A stretch of 63,554 bases of DNA, filler included, from Choristocarpus tenellus KU-1152 (lineage: Eukaryota > Protista > Phaeophyceae), in assembly GCA_964200185.2 (NCBI GenBank). It is 9 parts of 9 records of this genome, joined end to end, with 100 filler letters (N's around TTAATTAATTAA, not from the genome) between each part and the next. Parts side by side here need not be neighbours in the genome. Positions count along the whole stretch, not along the records: positions 1 to 10,608 come from CAXNAD020002837.1; positions 10,709 to 17,645 come from CAXNAD020007013.1; 7 more parts are not named here. One strand, written 5' to 3'. Each line of letters begins with the position of its first letter. Position 1 is the stretch's first letter. A model generated the notes under the pieces. It was not told the origin of the DNA. It ran no database searches and saw nothing but the letters and a program-made list of their open reading frames with translations. A program made the position numbers and the translations under genes. Below, one piece after another: positions 1 to 11,152 of this stretch.

Positions 1-76
1 GTCTCTTCATTCTTATATTATTTCTTCTACAGAATCTTCTTTTACACATGAATAAAAAGCATATTCTTAAGAGGGA
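1..76 (+). repeat. Dispersed repeat family A (partial, contig end)
   Basis: ttcttctacagaatcttctt..acacatgaataaaaa matches 10709-10870 (same strand) and 10468-10608 and ~23065-23260 (opposite strand). Confidence 0.7.
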
Positions 77-1108
77 GATTGCCTGTACGCTCTAATAATC
101 AAAGCAAATGAAGCATCACAAACGTCTTTCTCGCTCTTCCCCAATCAACGATCAGGAGGGCTGTCACGAACAAAATCACTTTGAAGTTCTTGTGCCTTGT
201 CAACCAATCAATCAATACATATTTTACTTGTATAGAAAAGCACTCCCCACTTCAATCTACCTGGTCTCATGCCATCCTTTACTGTACAAAGACTAGCTCC
301 AACTTGCCTGTGCTCTACAAAACCGACCAAACCTATTGCATGTTTGGCACGTGAGTATTGAATCTTCCAAAAAACCCATAGAAAAGGTTGCGTCTATTGA
401 ATTCTCCTAATGGATTGCCACCTTCCAATTGTATGGAGAAAAAAGTCCTCTCAAGCTTTATAGACACAGGTTGCCACTTAGGCGCCACCCAACATGCAGT
501 GTCACATCCCATGTCCCGCCTGAATATCTGCAACATCCACCCTTCCCTTACATGCATGTTCTCAATTTGACATGCAAAGCAAGTTTACTTTGGAAAATGG
601 GCATATACAGATTTGCCTCTCAAAAGTGTAGACCACGGAAAAAAACATACCCATTGAAAGTTCTAGACTGCCTCCATGTAGCCACATACATGCTACAAAA
701 ACGACGACACATCCTATCCAACACTTGCCCCTCCATCTCCTCCCACAAGTGCTCTCCAGCCTGACTCGCGCCTGCATAATCACCTCCCCATTTCACACAC
801 ACCATCAGTCCTATACTCATAATCTCTTTGTCCCTGTAGTGTTCCTCACTCCAGAACACACACATGAAGCAAAAAAAAAAATATTACACCCTCGGTCAAA
901 TTCCAACTCCACAATAGTATCTAAAATGAGTTTAACTCACACTCACACATACACAGAGGTGTAGACCTCTGATTCTTTATTTTTTTATCACGACACCGGT
1001 CACAAAACTCCCTGCTCACGAGCGTGTGTGCACAAAACACACACTCGCAAACACTCACACCCATCCAGGCACGCACACACACACACACACACACATACAC
1101 AGGCTCAC

Positions 1109-1889
1109 CTTTTGGGAGGTGTCAGGTAGAAAGGTTGAACTGCCCTGACCCCACCTACTTCCCTCAAGGAAGAGTGGTAGTACTCCTGCATCGTTAAACA
1201 TTGATCGTTTGGGACAGGCCAAGAGCTGGGAGGATTTGGAAAATATTGGGGGTGAGTTTAGGGCAGGACAGACTCAAGAACGGTCTTCCAGAATATGCTA
1301 ATCCATTTGAGATCTCCTCCATGTTCAGTAGAAGTTAACTGAAAGTTGACCTCCAAGTACCACATGCCGCTGGCGTAAGTGCAAATCCTGTTCCCTCCTA
1401 TCTAGGGTTGGTGATAGCATTAGGGTACAGATCTCATTTTGGAGTGGATGGTGCGACTGTTTGGACTACTAAAAAGTGCGCACCTACCTTCCCGCTGTAG
1501 GACTACGAACTGCTGTGCCATTAACAGTACAAAATACGGCACTAACCGTCTTGCTGCTGTGGAGGGCAATCGCAATTTGTGCTTCATGTCTGGGGATCAA
1601 AAGAACAAGGTGGGGGTTATAGAACCCGTGAATCACTAACTGAAATGTCCGTATGAGTATACCTTAAGATAGATGTAATTAGGCACAAGCAGAAACCAGG
1701 GCTTGCCATTTCCAACACAAAACCGTAGTAACCTGGGGATGTGGTCCCCACTGTAGGGGGGATTGGTCAACACAACATCGTGGTCTGGAACACGACCCTC
1801 CTCCAACACCTGCTGGGGATACACAACAGTATGGGATGGAGAAATGCAACATGGTAAGAGGATTCAGGCAGGGAAATCAGAGAGGGGAA

Positions 1890-1946
<57 letters not shown>

Positions 1947-4900
1947 TGTCAAGTGGTAAGTGGGCACTGACCAGCTCCTTGGGGCCTCAGTGCACATCAT
2001 TTCTTGACATAGATGTTCAAGCAACCACTATTTCCACAACATAATGCCAAATTGGTTTATGTGGAGTCCTTTTCCACCTCAAATAATGGGTGAAGAAAGT
2101 GCATACAATAAAGTAAGCATGCGCACCCATGCCTGGGACACTAGCCAGTCCCACTAGCTTATGAAGGGCGAGAGGAACATTGTCACTCCTCAATACCTTA
2201 ATTTCGGTACAAGACTGTGCCCAACTAACCCCCTTCATGACGACTTTGAGGGCACCCACAGGCGTCACGAGATGCAGGCTTGAGGTACAAGAGTGGTTTG
2301 GAATGGAGTCACAATCGTGGGATATGTTGATGCCCATCTTCCTCTAGACCAAGGGTTAGGCTATCGATCTCGCTGTGGAACTAACTGATGGAAATACTGT
2401 TGCTTGTAATGCTATGTTATCATATAAAAAATCTTGGTAATAATTGGAATAAAGTACAAAAATCACTGTTCCTCATATGCCACAAATAGGCTACAGAGTT
2501 GAGATGCTTTCACTTTTTCAAAGGTAGAAGATCACTACTCCCTGCCAATAATAGGAACCTGGAGCTGATCTATACAGGGTTTTTCAACACACTCCAAAAT
2601 CTCTTGGTAGGTCATGTTCACTCCATGCCAAAAAAGGGTCCTACTATCTGCCTCCGGAAAAGAATGTAACACAGCATAGGATCACTACAAAGTAGAGCAT
2701 ACTTCCACAAATGAAGTTGCGGTTCAGAACAATGGCCTCGCCCTACTTCAAAAGGGTTGCAGCATTGAAAAAAAGTAAGAATTGCCTACTAAAGAGTTAC
2801 CATTTACAGTCCTCGATTCTGGCATTCTTCAAGGGAAGATCTCAACCCTACACCCAGCATTGCCACATCCACATAGTGTATGGAGTTGGCTTCAAAGGTC
2901 ACACTTCAATGAGGACACAATCGAATATGTTATCTATCCTTGGTGTACAGCAGCAATCAGGTTGGGCCACAGTTTCACAGCTTATTCCAGGATAGGGCCA
3001 TACGAACAAGAAGACGGCGGGAGAGGTAGCTTGCACACTTCCAGAATACAACTGTTCTTAACACCCTCCTCAATTCACTCATATTTCTCCACGCAACACA
3101 TCATAGTGATCCATCCTCCTTCACCCCTTCCATGAGATCTATGCTAACACACCTAACACTACGTGCTTTGTAGTTCATAGGATCTACCTATCATCCCCTA
3201 GTAGTACTCCCAACTTGGTGAGGACGCAACAACCATTTGCCGTATGCTATATCCATGACAGCGGACACAAGACTATTGATCTCATCTATCTGCTACAGAT
3301 GCTAAGGAGAAAGCATTTATGGGAAAAAGTGGGGGGGAGGTTGGGGGAGGGGCATGCCTTGTAGAAATCTTCCTTCCGATTGATCACTTGATGGAAACCC
3401 AACGCTGAGAGTCGGCCCACCACAGAGCCTTGACAGTAGTATGGGTCGTAGATCACTAGGTCCTTGGGTAACTTACCAAGGGATGCGGCAAGCCCTTTGA
3501 GTATGGGTGCAACATCAGCATACGCCCGTTCACTGGTTTCACAGTGATCAACATCCTATTAAACAAGTCAGTGGGGGGATAGGGTAGGGTTGAATAGGAA
3601 AACACCAATGATGGAGATGGGGCAGAGAGGTATTGACAATTCAAAGGAAGAGGAGTGACCTGATAGTGTGGGTGACTCGAGAATAGAATAGATGAATTGA
3701 GGTATGTTGCTGTGCCTTGTGCTTTATTGTAAGATACAACACCTTGTCTATTGAACACCCCAGTATTGCAGTATCATTTTCAAGCGCGAGGGATAGAGAA
3801 AGAGACATGGATATTTTTGAGTTAAGTTACGTCATGTGATCGAAATATCAAAAGGTCATTCATGTCAACAGCTGGAACTCTGCGTACCTCCACCTCAAAG
3901 GGGTACTCCACCACCTCAGGTACTGTGGACACTTCCTCTGATCTCCCCTGACCATTACATTCTCCCTTGTTCCCACCCAAACAACCCTCCTTGACACCAG
4001 TGGTGCCAGTGCTGCCCGTGCTCTTGTCTCCCTCCTTCGTCGTGTCCCTTCCGCTCTCCGAGGAAACATCCACTACCCCTGGCTTCTTATCCTTCTTATT
4101 TTTCTTCCTACTTTTCTTTTTCTTGCTTCTTTTCGTCACCAGTGGCACCTCTTTCCCCCGCCCCTTCAATGAGTCTTCCAAGTCTGACAAGCATCGCACC
4201 CTTCCATCGTGTAGATTGCTGTCACACGGTCTTGTCACCCCGTCCGAAGCGAAGGGCTCCTGATGCATTACCACACCTCCTTCCTCGAATATACCAACTT
4301 GGACCAGGTCTCCCTTGTCATCCCGAACGCCGGAGAACACTCGTCGGCGCGAGTCCACCAGTAGCATTTCCCCCTTGTGCATCACTCCTTCCATTGGACC
4401 TTGCTGTTCATGACCGTCTAAAGCTTCGCTAATATCGGTTTCATGGCTGTTATTGCCCTTATTGGAGTCTCTCTGGTGCAAATATTCCCCTGCCTTAGCG
4501 GTGCACTTCTTCCTTTGCCCTGAATCCGGCCCAGTTCTATCATCTGATCCGTTGACTCCAGGAAGAATGTCTGCAGTTGCGACTTGCTTCCCTCGCTCCA
4601 TATTTGAGCTCTCCTGGAACTCCGGATTCCTGCTCACACAAACCTCAACATCTGACACCGCCTTCGTATCATTTCTGGCCCGTTTCTTAATCTTCTTCCT
4701 GCGGGGTGCTGTAAGTTGTCCACATGCCACTTCCTCGTTGACAACGACATACTCCAGTCTGTCCCCCGTCGTGGGCTCCTTGCAATGTTTGCTTATCTTC
4801 TTGACACCTTTATTGCACCATTTGATATCTTTCCCCCCCTCCAAAATGGTGTTATTGTCCCCAGTAATCCTACAACCCCCCCCCTTTCCGAGTTCATCTG

Positions 4901-5057
4901 TACCCAGTTGTTGAGACTTGCGCTTCTTGCATCTGTTAACCTTGTTTGGTAGCTCTATTGGTGCATTCAACACCTCCAAGCCGGGGGGTTTCTTACCGTC
5001 CTGACTAGAATGGTCTTTCCCTTCACTCCTTGCTCTCTTCCGCCCCATGCCATTCAC
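1109..5057 (-). CDS. Putative SAM-dependent amino (N6-adenine-type) methyltransferase with long Lys-rich low-complexity N-terminus; 3' end not resolved
   Basis: Exons 5057-3888, 3555-3358, 1809-1663 and 1185-1109 splice in frame: ...YPFEVE|DVDHCETSERAYADVAPIL...DLVIYDPYYCQGSVVGRLSALGFHQVINRKEDFYK|VLEEGRVPDHDVVLTNPPYSGDHIPRLLRFC...KPWFLLVPNYIYLK|EYYHSSL...QPFYLTPPK. Contains motif I-like DPYYCxG and motif IV NPPY. Intron 2 uses a GC donor. Confidence 0.75.
1891..1949 (+). repeat. (TG)n microsatellite
   Basis: Long TG run inside an intron; similar CA/TG runs at ~1075, ~8330 and ~27800. Confidence 0.95.
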
Positions 5058-5269
5058 TTTGGACGTGGTACTGGGGTTTGAGATGGAGGTATGACCTGAA
5101 TCTAAAGGTAAACTTGTACAATAATGCCTACCCCTCCGACTTCGCTGAATTGTCTTGGCGTGACGTCAGATGTTACATACATAGGGTATTTATTCATAAT
5201 CAACTCGTACAACAAACCCTACCCGACTCAGGCAGCGCACATTGAAGGCGGTGTTCCAGAACAGATAGA
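5058..5269. promoter_or_regulatory. Short divergent (bidirectional) promoter region containing a TGACGTCA palindrome
   Basis: 212 bp between two head-to-head start codons; perfect CRE/bZIP-type palindrome at 5161-5168. Confidence 0.4.
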
Positions 5270-7786
5270 ATGAGGATCTTGCTCGCACTGATAGTGGCAG
5301 CCCTGGTCGGGTTAGCCACACCGTTGTCGTTGGGGAGAACGGGAATAGTGCATGATAGTCGCAAAATTTCGCGTCACACAAGCAGGTACTCTCACTACTC
5401 TGGGGTACTTAGCTTGATTATGATGAACAATGCTGTGAACCTCTGTCGTGTTCCTACTAGAGAATTCGATGCAGGTAAGATTAATGCTCTGATTTCTTCG
5501 TCGTTGACATCATGTCCACGCCGTCTTTTGTGGTGTGGCTAAACGCAGGCGAGAGCTGTTGGGGAGATCGACCTGACCACCTATCATTGTGCTGCCGCCC
5601 TGTTCGCAGCAGAGCTACGCCAACGATGATGTTTGGAAATTGGAAACGGGAGGAGAAGATTCCATTGCCTAGTGGCAGTACGTCAATCAAGGTCGCGCCT
5701 CTCAATGCGAAGAAGAGTCGGGTGAGACCCGTAGAGAGGTACATGGTGTTACGATGACGTTGGACCATTGCAAGTTGAAGTAGGCAAAGGGACTATAGTT
5801 GATACTACATTGGAAGTAAGGCGTTCCCTTTCGCAAGTAGCATATTCATTGTCATGTTCGAGAGCCAATCGCCATGCTTTCGAGACAGGGCTACGGGTTG
5901 GGAGACGATTCGACTTGGAAAGGGTGAAGATGTTAGTCCTGTGCAGGTGAAGGAGGTTTGAAGGTCTCGACGAGCAATCGGTCTGAATGGAACCCCAAAA
6001 TGGATACAAGTTAAAAAACTGATTGGACTAAGCAAAATATAATTTCAATCCCTCCATCTTGTGCTTTGCATGTAGTCAATTCCTCTGTTTGAGGTCAGGT
6101 CACACGCCTGTCGTACAAGCACGCAGAGGATGCGAATATTTTATCGTTGTTCCCTAGGTTGCCCCTTCCTGTTGCATAGATATTTTGTGTCACTTTACAT
6201 GTATAATTTCCTTCTCTCAACCCCTGGCACTCCGATTTACCAGAGGGGCTCAAGGGATGATGATGAGTGGGAAGAGAAGGTTATCGTCCCCGCATCCACC
6301 TACTTCGACTCCAAGGGCACTGACCCTGTGGTGGCAGTGATTGGTGAGTACCCCTGTACATTAGAGACTTCTGCTAGGAGCAGGTGGAGGTGGAGGTGTG
6401 AGAAAAAGCAGGCAAAGGTTAATAAGGAGATGATAAAAAGAGACGGATACTTTAAGGTGTTGTATACTGTGTGCATTTTAGAGAGGAGAAAGCAGGTCAG
6501 TGGTTAGCGACTTTGCTAAGAATATTAGGGCCGTTAACTGGATACTGTCGATAAATAGTTCTGGATTGGATTCCTCCCCTCCTCGTGGTATATTTTTCTT
6601 GTGTAGAACATGCGATTGTAATAGCCAGCCCTTATCATCAGCTTACTCTCTCCTGTTTTGCTATGGCATTAGCATGGGAAATTGTGATTCGTTATAAGTT
6701 CTTGAGTCCTTACATCTATGCTATTTCCGAGGTCAAATCTGATCCCAAACATCCAACCCTATGAAGCCACTATCTCACATGACAACGCAGATACTACGTG
6801 GAGGTGAGTTCCTTAGCCAATAGAACTCAACATCCGTATCTCATTCGAAACCAAAACATTTATCCTTCAACTTCAACCTTCGCCCCCTCCACCCTGCTGT
6901 ATTGATGGGTTACGTGTTGTCTGGTTTTGTGACCCCTTAGAGATGACGTACCCACGTTGATGTGGACCAAAATCCCTAGTTTTGATCTTCGTTTCAATCA
7001 GATCAAAGTCAATCTACTGGAGTGCAGTACTTTAGAAGCATTCTCTTTTGTTGATTGGAAGACAAGCGTCACTATTCTGAGTGATGTGAGCTCCCATGTA
7101 AAAGGACTAACACTGACCGATCTAATGTGTTGTGCAAGGGTGTGCTGTGGTTCCATGTGATGATCCTATGTGGGACTACTGCAGGAGGCACAGGAGATGC
7201 CACTGCTGTGCTCTTTTTCTGTGTTCTCCCTGATAGTGATGACATGTGATACTTGATTCGACACATAGTCAACAAGCCCCTTGTTGTTGTGTGCATGGGC
7301 ATGAATGAACTCGAGAAGCTCCAGTGCAAAAGTCCCACACCTTCACCCCGTACAAACCTGTGTCAGCTTAGTGTGTGTTCATAAAAATCGGTTTCTTGGC
7401 TCTTCTTTCATTTTGCGGTTCACAGCAAGAACAATATTTTCTTTCCAAGGGCAAAGGTGAGAGCCCCCAGCCCCCCGACGAGAGAGGACTTCACATCTCC
7501 TGCCACACACCACTACCCCACTCAAACCCACTGCCCTCCAATCTGCCCCTATTCCCACTCTCCTGCCTTGGATCTCACCCTGTTTGCATACACCCTCTCG
7601 TTCTTCCACTTGTACTGCAATGCAGTTACATGTTTGGTTTTCGTTCCCTTGGGCATCCTGGCCGTATGGTTCACAGCTCCTGTACCAGATGGAACGCCAG
7701 CCCCGGACCAGACCTACGAAGAGATGGTTGGGTCATCATCTTCGTCGAAATCATCTTCAGGAGTCAAACAATCAAGGCAATTCTAA
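5270..7786 (+). CDS. Small signal-peptide protein with one C-terminal TM helix (possibly plastid-targeted), function unknown
   Basis: Exons 5270-5385, 5461-5474 (14 nt), 5549-5721, 6244-6343 and 7626-7786, all GT-AG with matching phases. Hydrophobic N-terminus MRILLALIVAALVGLA, then an R/S-rich segment; TM segment VVAVIVTCLVFVPLGILAVWF. Confidence 0.65.
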
Positions 7787-10467
7787 GCACTCGTTGCTTC
7801 TTTTGATGCAGGGCCTGCTTTCACTTAGTTTCCTACCTTCCTCCACCAAAGACTACCTGTATCAGGTTGTGCGAGCATGTCATGGAATCACCCGTCTGTG
7901 GTGTACTTCATTTCACGGTGTCGCTGATGCAGGAAACTTGAACAAAATAATTCTTCATGGCTCCATTTTACTGTGGTACCTTGCATGGTCCATATTCTTA
8001 GAATTTGCAACGCATTAGTAGCAATCACTATACTCAAGAGGCGCCCCATCCCATGGTGAACACAAGAACATTGTCGTTTGCCTGTGTGCGTCAAGTTGCT
8101 GTTCACCATTCTTGACCCACATAAGTTGATGATTCTAGAGGTTCTGGGTCTGGGGGGAGTTATGGTGTCCCAGGCCCTGCAAAGGGGAAGGGGATACTTC
8201 TGTTGCTTTGTTGTCTAGGTAGTGCATGGGGAATGGAGAGGGACAGCGCAAGAAAAGGCTACAGTGTATTACACACATGCCAAGCCTACCCTTGAAATAT
8301 TCCAGCTTGTTTTGCCACAATGAGATGGTGTGTATGTGTGTGTGTGTGTGTAGGGACTTTTGCTTCACGGGTCCCAGCTACTGAAGAAGGGATTGTCGCA
8401 GCAGCTGGAGGAGTGCTAACATGCTTGTCCATCAGTTTGTCTTTTTTTTGGTACGTTTCAAGATCAATGTATATTCGTTGGAAGTACCTTACTGTTTCAT
8501 ATATATTTCTTCTCTTTACGCTGCTTTAGTGTGAAGAGCTGCTTGTCCTTGTAGCAATAGTTCTCCATTACATCTTCCCACATACCAAGTATGGAATAGT
8601 TAGGAGGGATTGTGGCTGACACACTGATATCCTACAATAGTTGCCGATAAATCATGTCCTTTCTATAGCATCATCAATCTCCTATCAGTAACTGGACGTA
8701 AAACACCACTTTTATCATGACCCGTGCTGGACCCCAAATGCGTCTCACGTCATTCCATGTGGTGAACTCTCTTTGGATAGATATGACTGCCCCATTTATT
8801 TCTACATACATACGATAGATACATACGTAACATTTTTTAAGTTTTTTGCAGTCATACACAAAAGATAATGTGGCAGAATATTTGGAGTTTGGGTTGATCC
8901 TACTACAGCAACATGAACCGAATGTATGTATTGGATCATGTGTATAAAATATACAACCAACTGTGTAAAAATGTGTGCACTCGCTAAAATAATATCCTCC
9001 TACAGGATGAATCAGAGTGGAGGGTGGTCGCCATCGGGTTCCTCGTTAAGTGTAGGCCGTTTTGGACACGTAAATGCCACCAATCCCGACAAGCACAAGG
9101 CAAGTCTCGGTGAAAACGGAGAGACCTTTCGTATGGTACTTGATCCAATCTGATAGGCGAACACAACTTGGTACAATATACTGACGACATAGCCGTCAAT
9201 ATGAATTCATCCGTACATAATCTAGATCACTTTTTTTATTACTGAGCGTCCGACACCGGTCACGTTTGGTAACACCTCAAAAAAAACACGCTCTTGAAGT
9301 TTTTTGCGAGCATGACAATCTGTCACGCTTGCTACAATGATATTCCTTTAAACTACCTGGAAAATTAGCTTCCGAAACTGATCATGACACCTGGTCACTA
9401 ATGTGTTCTGGATGGTGTTAAAATTTGAACAACAACAAAAAGCTGGATCACACGTGTTGTTGCAAATGCACGATACATTGCAGATCTAGGAAAAGAGTTG
9501 TGAAGGGTGGATATATATGTAGAATGTCTCTTTACTCCCAGCCAGCTGAACTATGGAACAACAGAAACGTAGTAGACAAATAGGAGCTATGTAAACGTAA
9601 GCATGAAAGGTCTGCAGGGTACCACAGTGTTAAGGCATACATAGCCCACCCAACAGGGCATCAAATCTATAATATTCACTCACAAAGCACTTGGTTGGGG
9701 TGGTTGGGTTAGGCACTAAATGGGGGTTGCTCGCACTTTTTGGAAATTACTTGGGACAACCCTGTTCAAAGTTACCGCACCAGTCCTATCAGTGCACTGG
9801 CACATGCAGCAGCAACAAAGAGGGCTCCTGTTGAGTTTGATGAGGCGATAAGGCTGTGGTTGACGGATTGGGATCACCTTATTAAGGATCAAACACAGCC
9901 TTACGAATCACATGGAATCTGATTTCCACTACATCGCTACCCCTATTTTTGAATGGTGCTGTGTTTAGCAGGTTGAGGTATTGAACTAGATTGTTCGAGG
10001 TCCTGGGAGATCCCCTTGTTTGGCACCAAGATAGGGGTGTAGTTGACAGGTTGCACTCTTCAAAGGTCGCCAAGGTCTAGTCTTTACGAGGATGTGACCA
10101 CCTCTCAGTCTGATTATCCCGTGCTCGCTTTAGCGAGTGTATACATCCGACCATTGCTTATCTATTGATTCAAAATAAACGAGAGGTACCCAGAGTTGCA
10201 TTTTAAGGATGCTGAAAAACGTATCCAAAATTCGGCTTTAAACCATAATCATGGTCTTTACGGGTCTCAAACGTTTCAATACAGAAACGTAAGAGCCGCT
10301 TCTTTATGCTACATATGGTTTAAATAAACCCTAAACATGATCTTTAGTGGTTTAGGGTTTATTTTAAACCCTGAGGTACGTTTACAGTTACTCCTATCGA
10401 ATCCGTAGTATGCGGTGTATGTATTTCTACAAACTGACTAATATTTTCGAAGAATACGTTTATGACT

Positions 10468-10608
10468 CTCTGTTAAGAATATGCTTTTTATTCATGTGTA
10501 AAAGAACATTCTGTAGAAGAAACAATTTAATAATGAAGAGACGGTATTTGTATTCTGAAGAATAACAAAAGGTTGGGTTTCAAGAACTAGAATATGTAAC
10601 AGTTCAGG
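10468..10608 (-). repeat. Dispersed repeat family A (contig end)
   Basis: Reverse-complement similarity to 1-76 and 10709-10870. Confidence 0.7.
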
Positions 10609-10708
10609 NNNNNNNNNNNNNNNNNNNNNNNNNNNNNNNNNNNNNNNNNNNNTTAATTAATTAANNNNNNNNNNNNNNNNNNNNNNNNNNNNNNNNNNNN
10701 NNNNNNNN
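10609..10708. other. Artificial contig linker (first of eight)
   Basis: N44-TTAATTAATTAA-N44 puts stops in all frames and recurs identically eight times. Confidence 0.97.
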
Positions 10709-10870
10709 ACAATGCTTCCTATTCCTGAACTCTTCCATGTTCTAGTTCTTGAAACCCAACCTTATCTTCTCATTCTTCAGAATGCAAACGCTGTCTCTCT
10801 TCATCCTTAGATTGTTTCTTCTACAGAATCTTCTTCTACACATGAATAAAAATAATATTTTTTAACAGAT
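10709..10870 (+). repeat. Dispersed repeat family A (contig start)
   Basis: gttctagttcttgaaacccaacc...ttcttctacagaatcttc; same family as above. Confidence 0.7.
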
Positions 10871-11152
10871 CGATCAATACGAGCGACTTTGTGCTTGTTT
10901 GTGTTCATGAGCGAGATATACTCCAATGAGGAGTTGCATTGTGCCTAGGATGCGAATTGAGCTCGATTGTGTCGAGCTTTGTGTTCTCAACGGCGAGAGG
11001 TTGAGAAGAGTCAGTGATGGTGTGCGGTAGTCTCGGGCGCCCTTCGTGAGGGAGTCCAGATAGTACGTTTAACTTTTAGCGTCAAAGACAGGTATTTTGT
11101 GTTTTTGTTTGTTTTCATGCCTCTGACCGAAGTGCAGTAAGTTGCTCGTGGC

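Noticed and set aside
2560-3135. Possible LINE remnant in an intron (similarly 16260-16660)
   Set aside because: No diagnostic motif can be read confidently.
3967-4914. Plus-strand ORFs of 96-153 aa (also 23581-23766, 41433-41666 and 51685-52143)
   Set aside because: Antisense shadows of real coding exons.
8354-8419. Possible extra terminal exon for the 5270 gene
   Set aside because: The exon at 7626 already reaches a stop at 7786, and the alternative donor is weak; unresolved without RNA data.
10468-10870. Apparent large inverted repeat spanning the first gap
   Set aside because: The two arms are ends of different contigs that both terminate in repeat family A.
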